Assembly: GCA_040954595.2 (NCBI GenBank)
Contig: CM082596.2
Location: 2,598,999 to 2,662,998 of the forward strand
DNA from: Balanoglossus misakiensis
Taxonomy: Eukaryota; Animalia; Hemichordata
Direction: 5' to 3'
Length of the DNA stretch: 64,000 nucleotides
Of the stretch, positions 11,821-23,000 are shown piece after piece. The translations under genes and the position numbers were made by a program. Each line of letters opens with the position of its first letter. The stretch's first letter is position 1. The notes below the pieces were generated by a model. The model was not told where the DNA came from. It searched no databases and saw only the letters and a program-made list of their open reading frames with translations.

Positions 11821-13109
11821 AATGTAAACAAACAAAGCTCGCTCAGCGCAGCCAGCTGATGGGGCGGTCCTGGGGGCAATCGACGCGTACCCGCGACTTT
11901 GTCCGCATTTTCGAACTCATGAATATTCATTAGATTTTGATGACGTAAACCCTGAACTGTGCTATTAATAGGCCCTAGCCTACACTGATGAAGGCCTATG
12001 CAATGTAGGCCTACCATGGGCTACTGATGCAGATACATGTATAGGCCTACCCTAACCCTGTGCTCAAGTATGACAAACAATTTGATGCCTTTTCAGCAGC
12101 TACAATGTTTGTTATAGCATTAATGCCATTTCTGTGCTTTTCCTATGTGACTCATTTTGTTGGAGTGTACATGTACGTCATTGTTCTGATCTCCCCACAG
12201 GCGGCAGTGCATAGCAACGCATTCCCACTTCTGCACAGGGAAAGGTTGACGGCCAAACGCCTAGCCACAGTGATAAAGGGACTGTGGCCTAATGATATCT
12301 GAAACTATAGACACTATTGGAGCTGATGCTACTGTCAGAGAAGGTAAAAACTCAAGCAGTGGTCCCAGTCGTCAGGTTTCTTTCATGCGAGTTTCCATGG
12401 TTTCCATGGGGATTTCTGCTGCAGGGCGCCACCGTTATCACGAAGAAGAGAGGAAGGTCAAAGGTTTTTGAGCATGCGTACATGGCCCTCCGTGGTTTCC
12501 CAATGGCGCTTGTTTTGAATTGTTCAGGTCTTCATAAATACTGATGACATATATCGAGATCACTATATTTTGCGACTTGATTCCCGTATATTTGAAAGTG
12601 GGGAAAACAAGTTACTGAAGGAGTGGATACTGTCGTGTCTGCCAACGTTCTTCGGCTGGAAACCACCAAGCAATCGCGCTGTAACTTTATATGTGTGATC
12701 GTAACGTTAGCTCGCAGGAACAAGTCGAGTCAAGTTTCTGCATCAGTAACACACAGGTCAGCAGGAGAAATTGGTCCTCTGCGGTCGAGGCTTGGCGTTC
12801 ACAGTAATCGCTTCTGAAAGGCACCAAGGAATTATATCTAAGTTTGTTTTGTTACCTTTAGAGAACTGCGTAGTTTGCAGATTTGGTAAGTTGCTAGGGT
12901 CACTTGTGACAGAACTGTGTAACTGTTCCTCGCTTGAAAGTGACAAGTCAACAGAGCTTTGGAACCAGCGAACAACTTCACAAACTGTAGGAATGGATGA
13001 TCGCTAATTTCCAGAACCGTTCTTAATTTCTAATACAAAAAACACAGCAGGTGCCGCAGTGCTGAATAATATATTCGATTGAACTGTGTTTATTGAAACA
13101 TCAATGATA

Positions 13110-16100
13110 ATGTCGCGTGTTCAGGAAGATGCCAGTAGTGTTGTCACAAGTGTGTACACATTTCGTGGCCTGGAGTACATAGTTAGTATGAACGTGTCGG
13201 ATACATCTACACTAACAGTAGAAGTGGAAGACAGACTGACAGCCGACCAATGGAGAGGCACTTTTGACGCTTCATGTAAGTAAAAATTGGTACTGAACCC
13301 TTTTTACTATTTTGAATTTGCAGGAGGGATTTGCTGTGTTGTATAGTAGAATACCTGTCACAACATGTCCTGCCAGTTGTAGACAAACTTCTACTTTGAC
13401 AGTCAATATTAAATAGCTTCATGTCACTTTATCCAAAAGGATTAATTACGTACAAACAGTTATGGAGTAATTGTCAATTGATATCCTGTTTGATTCAATT
13501 TTTTAGATATAGAAGACCTGACTCACAAAACTGGTAACTTCAAGCAATTCAACATATTTGTTAATATGTTAGAATCTGCTGTTACAAAGGTAGGATCTCC
13601 AGTAAAATGTTCCTTGAAATTTGTTGGCCACAACCAACCGGACATTGATGGTACTATAATAATGATCTGGAAACAAAATCTCCAACTGTGGTAATTTTAC
13701 AAATAGTACAAACTAAGATTTACAGCTACTCATCTCTGTTCTTGTTTCTAGTCCACTGAATCTGTGTCTCTGGATCTCCTAACGTATGCTGACTTAGAGT
13801 TGTTAAGAAACCGCAAGGCTGGCGTAGGTACTCGAACCATACCTGGGGCTAAAGCAGCAGCCTTGAATACCAAAAGGTATCTTATCTTGACATACACAGT
13901 AGAGTTTGACAGGTATGTATCATAATATTCAACTTCCTGATAACTTGTAATTATGACGTTGGTTAAAGTTCGTCTGTTTTGATTTAAAAAGTATTATTTG
14001 TATGTAAGAAAACATACTGGTGCTTACCGTCAGATTATAATTGCCATCTTTGAATCTGCAGGATACATTACCCGTTGCCTCTACCCTATGTCGGAAAACC
14101 AGATCCTGTACTGTTACAAAACACAGTCAGAAATCTCAGGGAAGAAATCAAAAGACTTCAAAAACAAGTAAGGTTGCCTACCAGCCTGGGCTGTTTGCCT
14201 ACTTTGGCAATTTTGATTTAATTACATTGTAGAGATCACATTCATCATGATTCTGATTGGCCATTTAAACAGGTGTGATTCTCATGATTGGTCAGTGAAA
14301 ATTGTGCTTTACAACAAACCTAGTTCTAACTAGTGGTCTTAGGTACTGACACCAATCTTGTTTCTTACAGGGGCATTCTGATTTCAGAGAGACTGAATTA
14401 AACTTGTTGAAAAAAGAGTAAGTATTAAGTCTCTTCAGCTGCAGCCTGACTTTTGTGTTTGTCTATACATGTACTGTGTGTTGCTATAATTACATGTACA
14501 TGTTGGGCTTTCACGTTTTGATGTATTGCAGCTATGAGACTTTGCTGAAGCAGAAGGATGAAATAGAGTCTGCCTTCATGCAGTACAGGAGAGAGGTGAA
14601 AAACACCAGTAAAGGCACCGCAGCCAAAGAAGTGAGAATCATGAAAAATATTGTGAAGAATCTGGAAGAGGAATTAGCAACAGAGAAATCCAAGTACCGC
14701 AGACAGGCCAATAAAAGAAATTCTGATTACAGGAGTTTATTAGATGAGGTATGTTCATGTGTGTATTAGGGAAAAATAATGTCAAGTCAAGCAGTGTTTT
14801 GATGATTATGTATGGGAGAAAATTTGGTCAGTAATAGACAGTTTCACTCTTAAAACAACAGGTTGAAGAACTGAGAGCAAGTGAAAGGAATTTGAGAGCA
14901 AGAGTTAAAAGTCTCACCAATGAATTGGCGATCTACAAGCGTGGGTAAGTCATGTAGATCATTATTTTCTCCATGATGGAAAGAAAATACTACCCTGTTC
15001 ATAAGACAGTAAGACTAGTTGGTTTGGTGACTGCAGTTGCTGCATTGAAACTGTATTTGTTGAAGATAAAACCTTTTTCATATGTTTGTCCATTACAGGA
15101 GAATCAGCCGAGCTTCACCACTGCCAGGCAGCTCGTCGTCGCAGAAACGAGAGAGAAGGTCACGGTCCACATCACGAGATGTGAGGTCAGCATCGAGAGA
15201 TCGATCTCTGTCAAGAGAGCGACCATCGTCAGTGTCGTCAATGAGAAGCAACAGTCCCTCACCAGCAGGTGCTAGAAACCCAAGGTTTAACCCGACCGCA
15301 TACATAGAAGACAAGAAACGAAGGATGCAAGAATCGAAACTTAAAAGGTCAGACATTTTCTCTTTATGAAGTACTCGCATGTCTATTTTAGTTTGTTTAT
15401 TAATCTTACCAGGAAGTCAATCTGCATTTTATTTTGTAGCGATCGGAGCAAAAGACAAACTGTTTTAGAAAGAAATCGAAGTTCCTTATCAGCAGACAGA
15501 GGAAGATCCAGGTCTTCACCATACTCAGGTACTTTGTTTATATTTGTATATCAGGGGGAAAGTTCATGACACTGGTTTAGTACAACATATTTGAGAAATA
15601 ATGAGAATGACTGATCTGCTAGAAGAATGTGATTTATGTTCGGCACGATTGTTACTGACTTAGAATTCCCACATGAAACAGGTTCAGCTGGTCGGCCCTT
15701 GAGAAGAGCCAGAAGTGGATCTGTTGGCAGCACTGGTAGTAGGGCATCCTCCTTAAGTGACATTGAAAACACCTCTGTTGGATCGCAGTCAGCAAGGTTA
15801 AGGTGGGTAGGGATGGGATGCATTCTCTTCTGGCATCAACATGTCAAATTATATAGTGACAGAATGGTTGCGGAGCAGACCAGTCTTTAGTATTGGGCAC
15901 TCAAGTTTAGAAGTGTTTAGCCAGTATCTGAATACACACTCTTAACTTTTACAGGGGAATCCGGAATGTTTTGAAGGGCAAGACATCATCGTCTTCTGCG
16001 TGGGCAAGTCCAGATGTGGTAAGTGATTTATTAGAAACACACATATTAATGTGCAGATTTTATGTGCCTTGATGAGCTGTTAGTTCCTCTCGCCCACCTG

Positions 16101-16699
16101 TTACAAACATTTTTACATCATTGACTGTATGGAGGACTTCTAATCTGTTGGTAACATTTTCAATACATGTTGATTTGAAGATGTGATATTTTCTGTTTCC
16201 ATTTGCAGCCAATGGCAGGGAGTGGTAGGATAAGATCTGGAACCAAAGCCAGAGCGAAGAGATATCCTTTCTCACATTGGAACCATCATTTATAGCGATA
16301 AACATGTTTTCAATTATAATGGTCCCATTGGTCATCATTTTGTGTGACTCTTATTTAAGAAAGATAACCACCTTGTCAGAATCCTTAACTTCTTAGCACA
16401 GCAGTCAGTACTCCAGATCCAGCAGCTAATCTGGAGGATATCAGAAAGTGGACATCAACTTCTGGTAAAATCAAGAAAAGAGATGTACTTGGCTACAGAC
16501 CAAAAGGTAAGACTTGGAACAGTCTCCAACTTTATGCCTTGTATCATTGTAGCAAATATATCACCTTAGCAAATGTCTGAATATTTTTTTTGTTACAGAA
16601 AACATCAATGGATACTACCACAACAGATCAGCAGAGATGTCTGAAATTGATGCCCGGCTCAACGCACTTCAAAAGTTCATGAATGACAACCTGACCTGA
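13110..16699 (+). CDS. CCDC61: Coiled-coil domain-containing protein 61 (centrosomal, VFL3 homolog)
   Basis: Exons 13110-13275 (start uncertain), 13507-13589, 13752-13912, 14062-14167, 14371-14417, 14532-14748, 14862-14944, 15099-15347, 15440-15528, 15682-15802, 15955-16018, 16209-16261, 16400-16506, 16599-16699 join in frame. Motifs: TADQWRG.FD, IEDLTHKTGNFKQF, KRYLILTYTVEFDRIHYPLPLPY.GKPDP, RFNPTAY and C-terminal EIDARLNALQ. Confidence 0.95.
16262..16399 (+). other. U12-type (minor spliceosome) AT-AC intron in CCDC61
   Basis: 5' site ATATCCTTT at 16262, branch site TCCTTAAC at 16382-16389, AC at 16398-16399. Splicing here restores the reading frame. Confidence 0.9.
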
Positions 16700-17279
16700 T
16701 GTGTGTGACCCCCCAAAGCAATGAACTTCATTCCAAAAGGAGTGGTGGTAACTGTGAATCCACTTCTATGAGCATTGTTTTTATTTGTTGATTTGTCACA
16801 GTTGTGAATTTTTTTACAACCATCTTTTTCAAGATTTACTAATCTATACACGTATCAATAATGGTAGAAGGTACTAAAAATTACTTATATATACTACAGA
16901 TTTCCAGTAGCTTTATTTCTGTTGATACAATGGGAATGACGTTTTCATTATTTAAAACTACCCTTTCTACTGTAGAAATAGACAATAATTCTGAAGTCAT
17001 TTTTATAAAAATAAATTCTCAGAAAACTTTGTACTTTCGTGTAAAATGTTTGTGTGTGACATCACTGCCATTGGAATATGATTCTAAATGTACTGAATGA
17101 TTTGATAAAGAAATAATTGAATAAAATGATTCTGTGGAGTAATCACTTCCAACAGGTCATCCTCAACTGTTGTCAGTTATTCCCAGAACCCTCCAAATTC
17201 TATGAAACGTGACGCCGATATCTACATGTAGTTTGCATACTGGGTCCGACAACGCCCTCAACGTATTTGCGCAGAAAAA

Positions 17280-17330
17280 GAATGACCCATGACCTGACGT
17301 CAGGTGAAAGGTCAAAGGGAAGATGGTGGT
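17280..17330 (+). promoter_or_regulatory. OPA3 proximal promoter motifs (CRE, nuclear-receptor half-sites)
   Basis: TGACCC-A-TGACCTGACGTCAGGTGAAAGGTCAAAGG directly upstream of the ATG contains TGACGTCA and a DR1-like AGGTGA-A-AGGTCA. Confidence 0.5.
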
Positions 17331-18797
17331 AGGAGCGTTCCCTCTCGCCAAGTTGTCTTCTTTGGCAGTCAAGCAAATTAGCAAGCCAATTGCAAATTAT
17401 CTCAAGCAGACAGCAAAGAGGAGTCCATTCTTCAGAAAGAGAATATGTATGCCGCCAGCGCAACGTAAGTACAACTGGTTTCTACCTATAGTGTGTGAAG
17501 CATGGACCGCACGTACAATGTGCAGACGAGACCTTGGTTGGTGCATGCATATGTGACCTTTCTGTTGAAAAAAATGGCATTTCCGCATTGTACACCTGTA
17601 CAGCACACCGTGGCACATTTCTGTAAGAGAAATAACACCACGTTACATGACATACCACGTAAATATGAAATACAAGGGCAGGTGCTGTAAAAAAAATGGA
17701 GGACCCCTCCCCCCTCCATCCCCAGAAATACGAAATATGATTGGTTGAACTGTGGACCGCTCTGATTGGCTGCAATGCGACTTCTGCAAGAGCTCAACAT
17801 GAATTGTGGTCAGTGATATTGAGGAAAGAAAGATTGAGGGCTGTAGGGTTGAGTAGGGTTGTCATTCCCTAGCTACCGATTCAGCAGGAACGGACTGCAT
17901 GGCCGATGCATGCTTTTGAATTTCAGCTGGTTAGTTTTGCTTCGCTCAACTCATCTGCATGGCAGGTAGCATCACTCTAACATGATTTCATCGCTTTAAG
18001 CAACATCCATATGATCATAAATGCATGATCCCAGATGTCCAGCATACAGTCTTCATGTTTTGGCCAGCATTAACAGTATTAACCCATCATCTGAGCATTT
18101 TAGGAAGAGCTTTATCTTCAATAGTAGGTATATTAATCAATCACAATCTTTCCATTTATATTTGTCTTTTTATTATTCTTTTAGCATTGTGAACAGTTGA
18201 ATTCCAAGATTTTTATACATTATAGTGTCAATCTATACTCTGCAAATTGAGCTGAAAAGTCAGATATGATTTCGACTAATTTTGAACCTAATTTGGATGT
18301 ACATGTATTTGATATTTCAAGTATTTTGACAATTTGAATGATGCTGTCTCTTTTTTCTTGCAGTGTATCACTGGTCGGAAATCAATGTCAAAATGAGAAT
18401 ATTGGGACTTGGCAAGGTCAAGGAGGTCAAACCCCTCAGTGACGAAGCGGCTGTTGAACTTGGTGCTGAGATCATTGGGGAGAGTTTCATTTTCCTGGTC
18501 GGAGTGGGTGTGATTGTGGCCGAGTTCTGGAGGCAGTCCAGGAATGAGCAACACAAAGAGGACAAACAGAACGATTCAATCAAAGAACTTCAGGGTAAAG
18601 TGGAAGAGCTGGGACTCATGATAGAACACCAAGATGCCAAGTTACGAGAACTAAACCGAAGGGTAGCGTCTTTGAATATAGGGAGTGTGCCACGGATAAC
18701 TGACGGTGAGCAGGTGAAAAACTTCAAGGAGCTCGAAAATCTGAGCAAAAAAGACACTGAAAAAAATGTAACTAAGAAAAAAGGCTGGTTGTGGTGA
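17323..18797 (+). CDS. OPA3: Optic atrophy 3 protein homolog (mitochondrial)
   Basis: Exons 17323-17464 and 18364-18797 give [28 protein letters not shown]...[10 protein letters not shown]|LYHW.E..VKMRILG...[18 protein letters not shown], followed by a coiled coil. Confidence 0.97.
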
Positions 18798-20044
18798 TGA
18801 ACAATCAATAAAACTACATAGCTACGATAGATAGATGTGTACAATCCATTCTTAGAAATGTATCCTGCCTAGAGTTTTTACAAGTCTCGCATTGGGGGAA
18901 GGGAACATGTGTTTTTCAGACACCGTATAACATCATGTTGTGCTATAGTAGCACACTGTCAAAATATATGTCCAGATTTTTATGTTTGATAAAGTCTACA
19001 GCTCTCATATACAGTTGCTTGTTTTGTGGTGTGCTCAAGTAAGACTGTCATCATTGCACTTGTCAAACAGTATACATATTAAATAAATGACATGGTTATA
19101 TCATACAATGCAAAACACACAATGATGTTACGTTTTTTATTATTTTATTTACAAAGCTTTGAGATTTACAGGAACTGCGTGTGAAACTTACACCAAATAC
19201 CTTGCTGCTCCTACCCGGCCCCAATGCACAACAAAACAAACTTACAGGTATTTCATTTACACATGCTACCAGGGTATGTCGGAGATGAATTGCAGTGACG
19301 GATTCACAAATTATTTTTTTACGAACATTACATGAATCAGTGGTTCAACATGGCCCAGGCAATATTTACAATTTCATGCTGAAAACATGCTTATCAGAAG
19401 GGAGCATTATCTTTTTATCCATAAAGGGATAAAAAGGAACAGTCGACAATACCGGTTATATTCCAAAAAATTCACAATTTCTGAAGAAATGTTAGAGAGA
19501 CATTATAGTGAATTGTGCTTGGTAGAAAGTGAAAAATACAGGTTGGTACACACAGTAAATGTGAAAATAGTTTAGAGAGGGACACTGAATGGATAACAAA
19601 ACACAAGTTTTACCCTACCACCAGTGATTTAAAATCTACCTTGAAATTATGATCCCAGAATGAAAAATTGATTTGTGTGATAATGTGGACGTGGCATGCT
19701 GGGATTGATATGTTCTGAGTAAAGTCATTGTCCCAAAAATTGTTTTGATAGTTGGAGAATAAACATACTTTGTTGTAAATGAAGATAGCTTCCAAGATAG
19801 TAAGTTGTCTGAACCGTTGCAAGTAAATGTCTATTCTCGTGAAAAATTGACTGAAATGGCAGCAATCACTTCAAGGTGACAAAACAAATTCTCATACATA
19901 ATTTACATTTCGCGATTGTCAAGCACGGATTAAGCATAAAATGTTGCTCATCCTTTTCTGATAAAATAAAAACCCAGTGTGATTTCTGCCAATCCCCTGG
20001 ACTGCTATTTCCCCATGGTGCTTGTGTGGAGCTATCCCATCATG

Positions 20045-23000
20045 CTACCTGTTCTCCCAGATGTCGTCCATGTTGTCGATCAGGTCTTCAAGACAGCTCA
20101 GCGTTTTCAAATTCTCCGTGTAAAATACCAGGTCTGAGGTGACTAACCTGTGGAGACGAAAGCACAAAAATTAACAAGGTGAAATAGCATAGAGTCAGTC
20201 ATGGATGAAAGACGAAAAGCTATGAATGACATTAAATACTAGGCTAGATTACATGTCAACACATGTCCACTTACCCATGTTGAGGTCCCCCATCATTGGA
20301 TACGTTTAACTTGATCAACTGCTGACGTAAATGTTCCTTAAAAGACACATTGATCCTCATAAATAATACCTAAAATTGACAAAAAATTAAAGAGTTAGTG
20401 AGTGGGGAATTTTCTGTTTATTTTTTCCTCGATGAAGGCAATGCCCTACTGTGACGTCCTTGCAGTAAACTAGGTGAGGGTGATAGGATTATAGTATACA
20501 GTAGAAACAGATTTTCAATCAAAGTTTACATAATGTGTGTCATCGTGAGGACAGTTTGTATACTTTAAAGATTTGGGTGACGTTGCCTGAAAAATAACAT
20601 GCGTCAGTGGGTAGGCATTGCCGTACACATTCTCTCTGCTTGTCAGATTATCTCAGTCTGTGTCCGGATTGGCTGCTTCACTTACTTTGATTTGTTCTGG
20701 TGGCAGCAGGTCTATAATGGCCTCGTGTAGTTTGTTGATTTGTTTACAGATTGCACGGAATGACGCAGACGGTACAGGTGCCTTCACTTCCCACTGTCAG
20801 TAGAGAGAGAAAAAAAAACATTCAGTTGGATAGTGATGAGCAGGACAATTTCATGTTGTGCCATTTGTAAAGGGAGCCCTCTATTGCCAGAAAACGATAA
20901 GATATTGTCAAAGCCCTGAGACAAAGCTTTCTGTGGCATCACCATGGCCAAACACTCATTCAAATTGAAGGCATCGCCTACTGAGACCAGTCATGGAATC
21001 TTGACAGACATTCAACACACCTTAGACAACTGCTTCTCGAAAGCACTGTCCATAATCGCAACAAGCTTACTGGAAATCTCTTGCACATGATCGTTGTAAT
21101 CCTACAAAATAACAAACAGTGAGTGATAAATGGACAGCACGTGTACAGTCGAAAGGCTAAGTTGCATTCCAAGTTAATTGCTGTGTTAGACTCATGGAGT
21201 ACTAAAGTGAACCTTTTCTAAACTAAACACAATCGAATTTGAACTGATCATATTTTCCTTCACACAGCCGAAAATGTTTCAAGGATCTTTTACCTCTGTT
21301 AACTGAACAATCTGACCTGTCCCCAATGCAGTAACAGTGATGTTTTCTTCATTTTCTCAATTTTACTGTTTCATTTTTCCACTTACCTTGGAAATTTTCT
21401 CAAATTGTTTTAACATGACATGTTGCTTTGGTTGTAACCGAGATTCAAAGTGGGCTTTGACCAACGGAATGTAGTATGCTACCAGTTGTAAACATCTTGA
21501 CGCTAAAGCTGTAAGAAAAAGGGGAAAAAATTATGATCATTTAAACAGAGGGTGAGTTAAGTAGAGCACACATCATGATGTAAAAAAAAAAAATTCACAT
21601 TCCGAGAAAACATCACTTTACCTAAATTTTTTGTCGTAATCGTCTTGAGTCCAACTAATTGTAGTGCACCTGCCCCGAGTACAAGCTGACATGTCCTGGA
21701 GTTAAAATTCTGTTGCGCGGAAAAATATATCAAATTCCAACATGAATAACAGGAAATGAAGTAAGTATCTTGAGGAGGGAAAGGCAATGAAATCTAGGGC
21801 AATACAAGTATTTCCCCTTTGCGTAGATATTCAGAGCTCATTCCAGGAAAACGAATATTGTCTGATGACAAGGAGTTGTTATCATCAAATTTTAACAGTT
21901 TATAATACTCACTAAGTACACTTTGCACAAATGAAAGCTCGCATCTTGAGTCAGAAGCAAGGACAATAGCCCCAGAATGAAACACAACACTTGACAATGT
22001 CATTTTCCATTCCAACATACAGCTTAATATAGACTAGCTACTTCCATCATTTTTTTTCTCCGTAACTTGAACTGAAGTGAAAATTCAATTTGTTTCATCC
22101 AGAGTAATTTGTGAAAGCATGCTGAACATGTCTGAATAATGACATTTTTATGGGTCCAAACAATGCATAGCTTTTACTGTCTGATTAGAATCTGGATTTG
22201 ATATATTGCTCACAGCTGGCTCCAATATTTATCGTACCTGTAATATTTCTACTAGTCTAGTCAAGATGTCTGGCACGGCCGATGGCATATCGTCCAGACA
22301 CTGGCAGTATTCGATAATCATCTTCAACAGTAGCAGCACAGTTCTATGTGATGGAAAAAAAAATCGAGTGAATGTTAATCAAAATCATTCTTTTCAATGT
22401 TTGGACAATGGCAGGGTTTCATGCAGAATGTATGAAACAGTCTACATTTGTTAAAAATATAAATTGAGAGTACACTCTGATTTGCCCAACAAAACTATTA
22501 GCAATTGCTGTGATTATAAAATTTTAAATAGTGTTTGAAATCGCATACAACAGCAGATGGGTACAGGCAATGTCAACATACTTACCCAACTACGGCATAT
22601 CTTTGTCCATTTATTTCAAGATAACTCTCTGCCTTGCGTTCTTCAGATCCTATCACAGAACATAAAATTATTTATTTATTCGCTCCGGAGTCATCCAAAC
22701 TGAACAAAATACATGTACACACAGACTGTCTGGAACAGGCATAATATGGACTATGTACAATGCATAAATTGAAAAAAAATTATGGAATCAGTAAAAAAGC
22801 TATAATGTCTACATTTTCTACATAAAGTATAGGTAATCCAAATAAGATGTTCAAGGTGTATGTTTAATTGAAAACTTAGCATGTGGCTTCTGAGTTGCCA
22901 TTACTCATCCCTATATATGCCAATGTGCCCTGTATCATCTATTCACATAACAATTTGTTTGTACAAACAGAAATAGCTTCCATTAGAAACCATCTGACAT

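Larger units (their letters stand above)
10743..11963. mobile_element. Internally deleted ISL2EU-like (PHIS group) DNA transposon
   Basis: TIRs AGCACAGT(C/T)CAGGGTTT flanked by AT on both sides. Subterminal inverted motifs GAAATGCGGACAAA/TTTGTCCGCATTT and CTGAGCGA/TCGCTCAG. Convergent THAP and SAP ORF starts inside. Confidence 0.75.

Noticed and set aside
16700-17323. CCDC61-OPA3 operon with trans-splicing
   Set aside because: The gap has its own promoter motifs and no clear trans-splice acceptor.
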